Part shown: positions 31,168 to 40,667 of the stretch, one piece after another
How positions within the stretch are numbered: the stretch's first letter is position 1
How the letters are laid out: every line of letters starts with the position of its first letter
From: a virus
Virus record (IMG/VR): IMGVR_UViG_3300017991_000075
Coordinates: 35,055 to 99,054 of that record
Direction: 5' to 3' (one strand)
Length of the DNA: 64,000 bases
Program-made: the position numbers and the translations under genes
The notes under the pieces: generated by a model
Told to the model about the DNA's origin: nothing
Databases searched by the model: none
The model's input: the letters and a program-made list of their open reading frames with translations, nothing else

Positions 31168-32049
31168 TTATCCCCTGAGAGCACGAATCATATTCAGAAC
31201 TCGTGAAGCACCGAACGCGATCAGCGTTGGTAGTGCAATCATGCCTCCGACGACAGGATTGATAAGAAACGCTGACACAATTGCGGCCAACGCTCCTGCA
31301 CCTCCTACCATCAAAAGAAGATCCTCAAGATCTTTCCGACTACGTACTCCGGAAACTACCTTGAGAATTTTGTCAGTGGCTTTACTAGCCCTTATGACAT
31401 CAGTACGTAACCCGCGAAGATCCTCGGCTGTCTTCAGAGCATCCTTGAAAGCAGTCTTTGCCTCCGATACCTGTCTGGCGGCCTGAGAGAACGTTTTCTC
31501 ATCACGAGCCTGTGCAAGGATGTCGTTCAACTTATCGATACGCGGTTCGATCTGCGTAGCCAGGTCATTCAAGTATGTGATTTCTCTCGTGATCGTGGCT
31601 ATGAGTTTATTCAGCTCGTCACGAAGATCTTCTGTTGCTCTTTTCACATCTTCAACGGCCGTACGCTCCGATTGAGTCATGGTCCGCTGACGCAAGATCT
31701 TAGAAGGGTCAAGCTCCTGGGCGCTGAACGTTACACCCTGGTACTTGATCGTGAACTCCTGCCCGTTGTCCTTAGCCTTCTGAGCTTCCTCTTTGAGAGC
31801 CTTTACGATACTCCGATCGCTGCTGAACAGTGCTTGTGAAAGCTTATGGGTTTGTTCGACAACACGCTGGTTATACCGCTCAATGTTCTGAAGAATGGAC
31901 TGCTGTTTCTGACGAGATCCATCAATCTGTCGCCGCAGCTTTTCGGCACGCATGAGAACACTCTCAGCTTCCTTGCGAATTTTGGAAGCAGCTTCTCGCC
32001 GTTTATGTTCTTCAACGGCCTTCAATTCTTCAGCAGTCAAGTCAGCCAT
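31168..32049 (-). CDS. coiled-coil protein with C-terminal transmembrane hairpin
   Basis: Heptad-rich body, then LLLMVGGAGALAAIVSAFLINPVVGGMIALPTLIAFGA. Confidence 0.75.
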   Translation of the reverse strand: MADLTAEELKAVEEHKRREAASKIRKEAESVLMRAEKLRRQIDGSRQKQQSILQNIERYNQRVVEQTHKLSQALFSSDRSIVKALKEEAQKAKDNGQEFTIKYQGVTFSAQELDPSKILRQRTMTQSERTAVEDVKRATEDLRDELNKLIATITREITYLNDLATQIEPRIDKLNDILAQARDEKTFSQAARQVSEAKTAFKDALKTAEDLRGLRTDVIRASKATDKILKVVSGVRSRKDLEDLLLMVGGAGALAAIVSAFLINPVVGGMIALPTLIAFGASRVLNMIRALRG

Positions 32050-32894
32050 TAGTATGTCCCCGTGTAACCAGGTACTGCCTGTGCCAGGAACGGATGAATA
32101 ATTTCATACGCCCGCTGACAGATACGTGTTCTCTTGGCATGAGCCAGATCATAACTCTCGCTGCTCTTGCCGCGACTTGTACTGGACAGACCGCGTGCCT
32201 GCAGTTCCGAACGGCTCTCGTAGTCATGCCCGTTTTGTTCTTGCTGATAGATCCACAACGCCTGTTCACAAGTCGCCTGTTGAATCTGATAGGGTATGAA
32301 CTCATTCGTACCGGCAAAGTAGCCGACTGTTTCATTGATGTTGAAGACCCTCGGAAACTGACGGCTGCCCTTGCTTTGGTCGTACGCAAAGATCCTCAAT
32401 TTCTGACCTTTGTACCTCTCGGTATCAAGATCATCGGAGGCTTCCACCAGCAGCTTGTACGCTGTGGCTGGTTCCGTTCCTATCAAGTCCATGAACGTGT
32501 CACCGCGTCGAAGACCGACGAAATATGTGACAGCAAAAGCCAGGTCAGCGTACGGTTCACGGCCCTCATCAACAGTCGGTATAGCGACTGTAACATCAAA
32601 CAGTATGTATTCGTACCAAGTGATCGTTTGTCCTGACGCCTGATCCGTACCGACGAACTCCGCGATGACATAAATGCCGGGCCAATCGTCAGTATCGCTG
32701 ACATCGTACTGCTGTATCGTATAGGTATACCCGGTGCCGGCATCGTACGACTGCGAGATCCCGCCCGGATAGGTGAGAGAGTCCTTGAGTACGTTGAGCT
32801 GATTCCGCAAATTCACAGTAAGGGCCGAGAGCTGGTTGCCCTTGCCGTCTTGCGGGTTGATCAATTGACTTGAGATATCAACGTAACGGGACAT
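32049..32894 (-). CDS. head-tail adaptor (DnaT-like/gp15 type) with N-terminal extension
   Basis: PYADL..LLVEASDDLD..YKG..QFPR..IPYQIQQATCEQA. Confidence 0.75.
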   Translation of the reverse strand: MSRYVDISSQLINPQDGKGNQLSALTVNLRNQLNVLKDSLTYPGGISQSYDAGTGYTYTIQQYDVSDTDDWPGIYVIAEFVGTDQASGQTITWYEYILFDVTVAIPTVDEGREPYADLAFAVTYFVGLRRGDTFMDLIGTEPATAYKLLVEASDDLDTERYKGQKLRIFAYDQSKGSRQFPRVFNINETVGYFAGTNEFIPYQIQQATCEQALWIYQQEQNGHDYESRSELQARGLSSTSRGKSSESYDLAHAKRTRICQRAYEIIHPFLAQAVPGYTGTY

Positions 32895-32903
32895 AACGCT
32901 CTC

Positions 32904-33419
32904 CTATTTGGGCGTGTTGTCTTCGTAGCGAGTGCTCTTGAAATTCTTGAGACCCTGAGAAGCTGAAGCCGGGACCTTGATCTTATTGGGTTGCACTTCA
33001 CCTTCGGACTGTGGAAGAACGATATCAACTTCGATGTCATCCTTGTAATTGCTGGTCTCGTAAGAATCGCCGTATGGGGTTTTCTTCTTGACCTTGACTT
33101 CCTTGCCGTCTTTGTCTACCTCAACATGCGAGGCACGCTCTTGTTTCCAAGGACCGATGAAACGAAGCTGGCCGTTGTTGACCTTGAATACGGCAGCCTT
33201 GGCGGCGACCTTCAGAGCCTCTTTCCAGTCTTCGAAATTTCGATTGAGCGTTGCGTCATGTCCGCCCATATAGCGGCTGGGGCCGTGCAGTCCGCTGATG
33301 TAACAATCAGCCTCATAACGACCACGACCCGTGCGGTATACGCTGACCTCGACACTGCCTACTCCTTGAGTCCCCTCAATTTCGGCAGTGAAGCAGGCGC
33401 TTTGTAGTTGAAACGGCAT
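32904..33419 (-). CDS. hypothetical protein
   Basis: Start placed at ATG 33419, which has GGAGG 6 nt upstream and lies downstream of the late motif. Confidence 0.65.
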   Translation of the reverse strand: MPFQLQSACFTAEIEGTQGVGSVEVSVYRTGRGRYEADCYISGLHGPSRYMGGHDATLNRNFEDWKEALKVAAKAAVFKVNNGQLRFIGPWKQERASHVEVDKDGKEVKVKKKTPYGDSYETSNYKDDIEVDIVLPQSEGEVQPNKIKVPASASQGLKNFKSTRYEDNTPK

Positions 33420-33467
33420 TACTTCCTCCATTAGTAAGACATCAGGACCTCTCATCCATACCTACGA

Positions 33468-33869
33468 TTACACGTCACCCTTCATCTCGACGTACCTTTT
33501 GAATTCTAGCTCGAACAAGTATTGGTAGAAATCCCCGAAGAACATCAGCGGCTTAGTGAGATACTTAGCTGCACCACGGAACCCCAAGCTAGGATGCCAA
33601 TAGTCCTCTTCCTCGTGCTGCCTGAGAGCGTACGGTACGTTGTAAGTAACTCTGATGATACGAAGGGCGTCGTCTGGTGAGGGCATGACTTCAACCCGCC
33701 CACTGTCCTTCAGAGCACCCGTCAGAACAGGAACAAATGCTCGTGAGTCGGCCAGCAGGCGGGTAGCTACTTGTTGCAGTGCGTATTCTGATGCTTCCGT
33801 GAAGCGCTCTTTCAGCCCAGAGATGTTGAGCTGATCATTGATCTGAACTGAAAAAGCGCCTTCTACCAT
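33468..33869 (-). CDS. HK97 gp10-like neck / minor capsid protein
   Basis: VPVLTGALKDSG, PYALRQHE, AKYLTKP. Confidence 0.8.
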   Translation of the reverse strand: MVEGAFSVQINDQLNISGLKERFTEASEYALQQVATRLLADSRAFVPVLTGALKDSGRVEVMPSPDDALRIIRVTYNVPYALRQHEEEDYWHPSLGFRGAAKYLTKPLMFFGDFYQYLFELEFKRYVEMKGDV

Positions 33870-33877
33870 GGCAGCCT

Positions 33878-35062
33878 TTATGCTGCAGGAACACCTACTT
33901 GTGGTGCCTGCGGCTGCGGGATAGCCGTAGCGTCCGTCACCTCAGAGACCGGAGTAGGGGCCTGTGGTTTGTCCATCGGGATTGAAGTTTTCATATCCCC
34001 CATCGGGCCTTGCGTCTGCGGCGGTGGGCCTGGGGGCGGAGCTGTTGGCAGCGCCTGCTGCTGATACTGCGGCTGCATTTGTTGTGGCTGCTGCGGCTGT
34101 GGCACAGGATGCTGAACCGGCGGCTGTTGATGTGCGGCGTTCGGATCATTCACAAAAGTCTGACCTGATGGAACCGGTGCCGGTCCTGGCTGCGTTGGCT
34201 GATGACCTGGCGTCTGACCTGGCTGCATCGGCATCTGCGTACCCTGACCCTGTACTGGAGGTGGAGGTGCTACAGAAGCGGGCTGCTGCTGACGGTTTTC
34301 AGGATTCATGTTGAGCAGGAAATTTCCTTCGCCTTGCTGACCCTGCACACGAGATACCGTTCCGTGAAAACGTGACGAGTGATCCGTCTGCATGTTCTTC
34401 TCGGCATCCGTCATTTCACGAAAAGCAAGAAAACCGAGCTGAGGGCGTTCAAAGTCCTGAAGCGGTTCCTGACGACGAACCATACGACCAGACGCAGGAT
34501 CGGTGTATGTGATAGCAGCCATACTGTGCTTGTAGCCTTTGAGCTGGTTCAACAGCATGATCGCAACATGGATCGGAACCTTACGAGCTTCCCACGGAAC
34601 AAACTCGAATTGCATCCGACGCCACTGGCACCGCATGCCACGACCGATGTCTGTACCGGTTTGAGGATCTACGACACCGTTTGGCACGAACACTGAAATA
34701 GCGACCTGCATATCCTGCAGCGCTCTTAGAACATCAGTTTTCTTGGGCTCCATAGTGTACGTGAGAACCTCGATGAGAATCAGCAACTCAGGAATCTGTT
34801 CATGAGGCTGATAGATGTGCTGCTGCCAATCATTCGGGTGTGTGTTACGAATGTGGTCATTAGCTCTCTGACGAGCTGCTGCCACAACCTCCTGAACATC
34901 TGTCCGATTCATTGGGTTGAGAGCACGTTGATCTGATTGGAACACCTGTTGAGTTGTTCCATAGGGCAGGATGCCGGGTTGCTGTGCAACCGCGACTACT
35001 CCCTGCGGCTGCGCCTGTTGGGGAGGCAGCCCTGGAGCTTGCTGTGTTGGTATACCTGACAT
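33878..35062 (-). CDS. Pro/Gln-rich hypothetical protein
   Basis: ATG 35062 with AGGAG; low-complexity P/Q termini around a globular core. Confidence 0.75.
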   Translation of the reverse strand: MSGIPTQQAPGLPPQQAQPQGVVAVAQQPGILPYGTTQQVFQSDQRALNPMNRTDVQEVVAAARQRANDHIRNTHPNDWQQHIYQPHEQIPELLILIEVLTYTMEPKKTDVLRALQDMQVAISVFVPNGVVDPQTGTDIGRGMRCQWRRMQFEFVPWEARKVPIHVAIMLLNQLKGYKHSMAAITYTDPASGRMVRRQEPLQDFERPQLGFLAFREMTDAEKNMQTDHSSRFHGTVSRVQGQQGEGNFLLNMNPENRQQQPASVAPPPPVQGQGTQMPMQPGQTPGHQPTQPGPAPVPSGQTFVNDPNAAHQQPPVQHPVPQPQQPQQMQPQYQQQALPTAPPPGPPPQTQGPMGDMKTSIPMDKPQAPTPVSEVTDATAIPQPQAPQVGVPAA

Positions 35063-35108
35063 TTGTTTTCTCCTTCGAAGTAACAAAAAACATCTGCAGC
35101 AGCATAAC

Positions 35109-35137
35109 AAAAAAGGGGAGGTAGAACCTCCCCCTTT
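35109..35137 (-). terminator. intrinsic terminator after the major capsid gene
   Basis: GGGGAGG-TTCTA-CCTCCCC followed by TTTTTT. Confidence 0.85.
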
Positions 35138-35157
35138 CCGTGGACCAGTCAGACCGT

Positions 35158-36174
35158 TTATGAGGTCTGGATGTCGCGTAGAGAACCCGCCATAAACGAG
35201 TTCTTGTACTGCAACTGCGAGTACGTCTTCGCGAACATGATACTAGCATCCTTGTTACCGGCATCGCGAGGTTCGATCTGGAAGTCAAGAAGCATCTTGA
35301 ACTTCAGCAGGTCGATGTCGATGAAGTCAATGCGACCTTCCTCGTACAGCGGAACGCTGACAACAGGAATGTCGTTGAACATCAGCGCCTCGAAACCGCC
35401 AACGTAACGCAGTGGTGCCGTAGACTGATGCGGGCTGAAGGTGTAGCGCCGATCGACGCCAAGCAACAGACCGAACTCAGTGAATACGGCGGGACTGCAC
35501 AGGATGTGAGTAATCTTGCCCTGTCGCACCGCACGAACCTCGTTGAGGATCTGATGGAACAGAACCTCTGAGATCGGACGCGGGGTTCCAGGTGCCAACG
35601 GGTTACGCAGTACGTATGACTGCCACCAGGTGTTGACGGTACGATCGATGCTGGCGTAGTTTGCTACGTCACCGCCGTCGTCCACCATCGCCTGGATACC
35701 CGTCAGGTCGAGCCCTGTGGCGTCAAGAGCCGGGTTCACACCGTTGAGGTTGCCGACACCATCCGAGAGAGCCTGCAGATTCATATTGTGCTGAAGCTGC
35801 TTGAGAGCCTGCTCGGTGTTTTCTGCAACCGCATCGATGATCGCATTCTTGCTGGTCGTAATGGCCTGAGCAAGACCGGACACCTTGATCGGCACACCAT
35901 TCATCTTCCAACTCAGACGAGCCGTGTCGAAACGCTCGCCCAGGTCGGTACGATTGATGCCGATGTCACCGTCTTCGGAGTACGAACCTGCAGCGGGGTT
36001 GCCGCTGTAGTATACCTTCCAAGTGATGTCCTTTTCGGCGTACTTCTCTTCAGTGGGCTTGAGCAGCTCCATGAAGACGTTGTTACGCTGGAAAGTCCGG
36101 TAGAAGGCAGGTTCGAATTCCTCCTTGACCATGACGGCGGCATCATCAAAATTGAAGCCTACAACTCCGGGCAT
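35158..36174 (-). CDS. major capsid protein (HK97 fold)
   Basis: 338 aa downstream of the scaffold gene; LSDG, LTGIQ, YASIDRT..WWQS, GFEALMFNDIPVV; followed by a terminator. Confidence 0.88.
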   Translation of the reverse strand: MPGVVGFNFDDAAVMVKEEFEPAFYRTFQRNNVFMELLKPTEEKYAEKDITWKVYYSGNPAAGSYSEDGDIGINRTDLGERFDTARLSWKMNGVPIKVSGLAQAITTSKNAIIDAVAENTEQALKQLQHNMNLQALSDGVGNLNGVNPALDATGLDLTGIQAMVDDGGDVANYASIDRTVNTWWQSYVLRNPLAPGTPRPISEVLFHQILNEVRAVRQGKITHILCSPAVFTEFGLLLGVDRRYTFSPHQSTAPLRYVGGFEALMFNDIPVVSVPLYEEGRIDFIDIDLLKFKMLLDFQIEPRDAGNKDASIMFAKTYSQLQYKNSFMAGSLRDIQTS

Positions 36175-36346
36175 AGTCAGGAACTCCTGGAAAACGAAAA
36201 ATAAAAAAGGGTTTGGTGGTGCAGCGTGTCAGGCCATCCGGCGCTAAACACAAAGGGTGCGATATCCATCGCACCCTGAGCGTATCCTTATAGTCTATTA
36301 GAAATCAACCACTTTTTTGAGTTAGAGGCAACTTATAATGATGCCT

Positions 36347-37486
36347 CTATGCGGTCGTTCCTGCTTCAGCACTGACACGTTCGTGCAGATTTGCCTTTGC
36401 CTCGGCAAACGTCTCAGGCTTTTTCTTCTGCACTTGCTGCTTCGGTTGAAGCGCCCCACCCTGTGGAGTGCCAGTGTTCTGAGCCCCTGGTTTTATCTGG
36501 GTTTCGCTGGCTTCCTTTTTACCGAACAACGACGGGTACACCTTCTGCATGACCGGGAAAATGTCCTCGTAGGTCATCTCCTTTTGATCTGGATTGTGTT
36601 CCTTGCTGTTGACGATATTCTGTGCGGCCGTGTACGCTAGGTCGTGAGCATCTGACGGTATGCCTGCTTTACCTGCCGCTTTTCCGAACTTCGACTGACG
36701 ATTCTTCTCCTTCAGATCATCGCGCTGTGCGATGACTTCCTTTAGTTTAGAATCACCGTCAGCAACCTGCTGTTTCAGTTCGGTATTCTCTTTCGTGAGA
36801 TTATCAACCTTGGAATTGAACTCGCTCTTGAACGCTTCAATTTGATCACTGACAGCCTTAGTAATCTGTTCTGTCATATCACCCTGTACCGGAGGCTGAG
36901 CCGGGGGCTGATCCGTAGGCGGTTGGGCCGGGGGCTGAGTCGGCGGCGTTTGCTGCGCAGGTGGTGGAGTTTGCTGCGCAGGCGGCTGCTGGGCGGGTTG
37001 AGCTGAGGGCTGCTGTCCTGTAGCTCCACCAGACGCTGGTGGTTGCTGCCCCGAAGTATCTGTGCTTGTTAGCTCTGCCACCTTTTTCTTGATCTCCTCC
37101 AGTTTTTGTTTCTGTTCTTCTGTCAGACCTTCCTCACGGATCTGCTGAAGCTTCGTTGCAAGGTCAAGATCGCTCTCGAACTGCGAGGCTGCTGCATTGA
37201 CCTCTTGAATGAAATTATCGAGATCGAAGTTTTTCAACTTCTCATCAGCGATCGTGTCAGCCTTATCCTTGATAGCCGCTGTCTGAGCAGCCGCAGTCTC
37301 CTGGGCGTCGGCTCTATCACGAACTTTATGACGAGCTTGTGTGAACGAGTCGAAGGTCTTGTCGTCATCCATGCTGCCGCGCTGGACTCCTCCTGGAGCC
37401 TGTGTTTCAGCGCCCTGGTCCGGTTGGGCCGGGGGCACTGCAAGCGGTGTTTCTTGATTAGCTGCTCCTGCCATTTGTTCCTCCAT
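36347..37486 (-). CDS. capsid scaffolding protein
   Basis: Acidic coiled coil with P/Q linker and YPSLFG motif, directly upstream of the capsid gene. Confidence 0.75.
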   Translation of the reverse strand: MEEQMAGAANQETPLAVPPAQPDQGAETQAPGGVQRGSMDDDKTFDSFTQARHKVRDRADAQETAAAQTAAIKDKADTIADEKLKNFDLDNFIQEVNAAASQFESDLDLATKLQQIREEGLTEEQKQKLEEIKKKVAELTSTDTSGQQPPASGGATGQQPSAQPAQQPPAQQTPPPAQQTPPTQPPAQPPTDQPPAQPPVQGDMTEQITKAVSDQIEAFKSEFNSKVDNLTKENTELKQQVADGDSKLKEVIAQRDDLKEKNRQSKFGKAAGKAGIPSDAHDLAYTAAQNIVNSKEHNPDQKEMTYEDIFPVMQKVYPSLFGKKEASETQIKPGAQNTGTPQGGALQPKQQVQKKKPETFAEAKANLHERVSAEAGTTA

Positions 37487-37489
37487 CGA

Positions 37490-38416
37490 TTAGGCTGGTA
37501 TGTAGTGTGGGTTGCCTTTCTTGCGAAGACGTATTTTCTTACTCTGGGACGGCCATCTCTTGACATCCTTTAGTGTCAGGACAGGACCGTATTTGCCATT
37601 GTACGTGTCCATGGTCGCATTGAAAGAGCGTACCACATGATGACGACAATGCGGATGAAATAAATTTGGACTCAGTGCTCTCTGTACAAATTCAAACGCA
37701 TCCGCTGTAAGCACTCTTCCCTGGCACCATATGCATGTCTGAGCTGACTCTGCACTAAAGCCCTTACTGATCAGGAAGAGGCGATCCTTACGTTTGATCT
37801 TGCGTTCAAGTGCTCGTTCTTTCAAGAGAAGAGTATCAGCTTCTCGTATGAAGTTTGCAGGCAAGGTTTTTACCAAAAGCTTCACATAAGCTGTGATCCC
37901 GATACGAAAAACTTGTCGCTGCCCTCCAACTTTCTTTGTTCGAACGATCCCAGAGATGCCTTTATCAAGTCCTTTGACATTACCTGTCGGTGCTGTAGGT
38001 CCAAGAATGATTTCTTTGATACGCTGCAGAATGGTCTTACCGCGTGCCATTCCACGGTGAGATCCTTCAATTGAATTCTCGGCTGTAGCAAAGGCTTTTG
38101 CCAGATTTTGAGCCCATAGGCCGACATAACGATCGCGAAGAGATCTCATCAGCTCAAGAAACCCGGCTGGAACATTGGCCGTACCGATCGATGCTACGTA
38201 ATTACGCTCAAGAGATCGAATAGCCGCCGTACCGTAATCAACCAGCTCTATATGAATTCTGCGAAGCGTGCCACGATCGTACTTCGTAGCATCCTTTTCG
38301 ACCTCACGCTGAAACTTACCGAGATCTCTCATGATCCGGCGGTAACGTGCGTCATCAAGCTTTGGCGTCCCTTGTGCCATGGTGTACAGCCTATGAACTT
38401 GAAGAGGCGGCCGCAA
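37490..38416 (-). CDS. minor head / morphogenesis protein (MuF-like)
   Basis: TCIWCQGR..LFHPHCRH motif; basic protein. Confidence 0.75.
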   Translation of the reverse strand: MRPPLQVHRLYTMAQGTPKLDDARYRRIMRDLGKFQREVEKDATKYDRGTLRRIHIELVDYGTAAIRSLERNYVASIGTANVPAGFLELMRSLRDRYVGLWAQNLAKAFATAENSIEGSHRGMARGKTILQRIKEIILGPTAPTGNVKGLDKGISGIVRTKKVGGQRQVFRIGITAYVKLLVKTLPANFIREADTLLLKERALERKIKRKDRLFLISKGFSAESAQTCIWCQGRVLTADAFEFVQRALSPNLFHPHCRHHVVRSFNATMDTYNGKYGPVLTLKDVKRWPSQSKKIRLRKKGNPHYIPA

Positions 38417-38493
38417 GACCGCCTCAACAAGTCGATGGAGAAAGCAGTACCGTCAGGATTACCACCTTCTACCATACCTACGATTGAGTCGAT

Positions 38494-39126
38494 CTACGAC
38501 TCTGCCTTCGCAGCATCGAGTGCCTTCTGCGCCTCTTCTAATGCGGCTTCGGCGGCAGCGATGGCTTTTTCCTTGTTGGCCTTTTTCGCCTTGGACTTTT
38601 GAGCTTTGTCGAGGGCTGCCTCAGCATCGGCGACGGCCTTTTCGAGACCTGGGATATCCGGACCCTTGTCGCCATCATCATCTTTTGGGTCATCGTCACC
38701 CGTCACCGCTTTTGCCACGGCACCGGCTCCTGGAACGATCGCATTGAGAACGATCGGCCCGACTTCCTTGAGAGTGGCCTTCATCACGTTCATGATTTTA
38801 CGCCACGCTGCAAAAGCTTCGTTGATGGCCTTGTTGGCAGCAATCACCTGGTAGCTGTTCAAAGCACCATAAACACTGCCGATGATGCGCTCACCCTTCT
38901 CAACATCACCCTGCAGGATGACTTCTTCAGCCGCAGCTCGAAGCTGTAGCAGCTTTTCAACAGTGGCTTTGATGGCTGGCTTCGGCCGCTTCTTGTCAGC
39001 ACCAAGAACCTCCATCACGTCACCGAGTAGATCGTCGAAGGATGCCTTGCTGATCTCCAAGATCTCTGCAAGAGCTGGCGTGAGGGCATCCTTCACCTTG
39101 TCTAATGAACTCATTTCAATCCTCAC
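38494..39126 (-). CDS. hypothetical helical protein
   Basis: 210 aa, coupled to the upstream holin-like gene. Confidence 0.7.
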   Translation of the reverse strand: MRIEMSSLDKVKDALTPALAEILEISKASFDDLLGDVMEVLGADKKRPKPAIKATVEKLLQLRAAAEEVILQGDVEKGERIIGSVYGALNSYQVIAANKAINEAFAAWRKIMNVMKATLKEVGPIVLNAIVPGAGAVAKAVTGDDDPKDDDGDKGPDIPGLEKAVADAEAALDKAQKSKAKKANKEKAIAAAEAALEEAQKALDAAKAES

Positions 39127-39488
39127 TTCTGTTTGCCAGCAAGAATACCGGCAATCTGATCGACAGTCATTTTATCGATCTTGGTTCTCGCGAGCGCACC
39201 CTCAACGCCGCGAATGATGGTTTCAGGATCTCCTGTGTGGATAGCATCCTCGGCAAACTTGGATGCCTGTTCCAGCTTGGCGATACTGGAGGGTTTCACA
39301 CCGTGTTTTTCAAGATGTTCCTTGGCCCAGGTCTCAGCGAAATCAACGGCAGCATCAAAAATCTTATGATACTTTTCGTTGATGTTTTTCTTCAGGATCA
39401 GACGAAGAGGTCCAAGGATAAGAAAGATCACCGCTATTACGCCTGCAACAACGGTGATCACGGTTTCTTGAGTGATTTCCAGCAGCAT
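39123..39488 (-). CDS. holin-like membrane protein (LL-H type)
   Basis: Single N-terminal TM helix, then AAVDFAE..AKLEQA..VEGALA. Confidence 0.55.
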   Translation of the reverse strand: MLLEITQETVITVVAGVIAVIFLILGPLRLILKKNINEKYHKIFDAAVDFAETWAKEHLEKHGVKPSSIAKLEQASKFAEDAIHTGDPETIIRGVEGALARTKIDKMTVDQIAGILAGKQK

Positions 39489-39497
39489 AACGACTCC

Positions 39498-39776
39498 CTA
39501 GTCGTCAGCGTTCTTCTCTTCAGCGTTTGAGAGAGCTTCTTCAGCAAGAGCGACGTTAGCGTCAAGGAGCAGTCTAAGGCTCATGCTCTCTGCTGCGTCC
39601 CAATCGTTCTCCCTCGTGTTGTCGAGAATATCCGCTGCGTAGGTTGAATGCTCCCTGAGCTGCTCCGCATTAGACACGAGTTGCTTTGCTATTGCAACGT
39701 CGATCGGTTCTGAGTTTTGGAACAGAGCGCAGCCACTGAGCATCAACAGTGGAATCGTCAGTAGTAACCATCTCAT
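39498..39776 (-). CDS. lipoprotein (possible spanin component)
   Basis: MRWLLLTIPLLMLSG-C lipobox; AAGGAG RBS. Confidence 0.7.
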   Translation of the reverse strand: MRWLLLTIPLLMLSGCALFQNSEPIDVAIAKQLVSNAEQLREHSTYAADILDNTRENDWDAAESMSLRLLLDANVALAEEALSNAEEKNADD

Positions 39777-39838
39777 ACGGATCTCCTTTTTCTCCATCGA
39801 ATTAGTGGTTGCCGGCGCGAGACACCTGTCTCTCCGGA

Positions 39839-39979
39839 TTAGTCTTTCTTCTTGTCCTTGGTTTTTCCAGCTTTAGCATGAGCGATCGCCACTGCCTGAT
39901 CACGGGGCTTGCCTTCACGAATCAGCTTAGCGATGTTTTCACCGATGACCTTCTTACTGGAGCCTTCCTTCAACGGCAT
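39839..39979 (-). CDS. small basic phage protein (46 aa, absent from the ORF track)
   Basis: [46 protein letters not shown]; TGATG coupling; QAVAIA pattern common in phage head regions. Confidence 0.8.
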   Translation of the reverse strand: MPLKEGSSKKVIGENIAKLIREGKPRDQAVAIAHAKAGKTKDKKKD

Positions 39980-40608
39980 CAGCTCACCTCCGCAGTTTCC
40001 TTTTTCAGCCGGGTAGTCTTTCTGAGAGCTTCGATACTCTGTGTCTGGATGACACGTTTCCGTTTTTCGAGATCCTTCATAGCGGCTTCTATCTCATCTT
40101 CAGAAAACATTTCATCCACCAGGAGTTGTGATAGCGTGCCACTCTTCCTACGATTATCGATCTTCTTCAAAGCCAAGAACTTGTAGACAATATTCAGTAT
40201 CGGCACGCGATACCCAAGATCGTTCAGGTTTTCTATGACGCTGGCTAACTCCGTCAAGGCGATGTACCCGTAGACGACCCCCGGCATGAAGAACAGGTAG
40301 TCCACAGCCAGAGCAGCTTGTGTCGCGATGATGGCAAGGATGCAGTAGACAAACAGTTTGCCACCAGTGCGATACAGCATTCTGCTGTTGAATTCACAGT
40401 GCTTGAATGCACGGATCAATCCGAGAATCAGATCGAGAGCGTACATGATGCCAAGAGCTATCAGGGGATGGATATCCTCGATGACGGTATGGCCCCAAAA
40501 CACGATTGGGACAGCAGCCGTTACAGCTTTCGTTGGTATTCCTGATAACAGAGCTTCCATAGTGCCCGCAGCACCCCTCCATGCAGAAGCTTGAATCACA
40601 GTAGACAT
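39979..40608 (-). CDS. phage holin family protein
   Basis: Three to four TM helices; [23 protein letters not shown]. Confidence 0.8.
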   Translation of the reverse strand: MSTVIQASAWRGAAGTMEALLSGIPTKAVTAAVPIVFWGHTVIEDIHPLIALGIMYALDLILGLIRAFKHCEFNSRMLYRTGGKLFVYCILAIIATQAALAVDYLFFMPGVVYGYIALTELASVIENLNDLGYRVPILNIVYKFLALKKIDNRRKSGTLSQLLVDEMFSEDEIEAAMKDLEKRKRVIQTQSIEALRKTTRLKKETAEVS

Positions 40609-40667
40609 GGTTCGTTCTCCTGTTCGAAGTGGTTTCCTGCGTGTCCCCCTTCCTCCCAGATGTAAAA

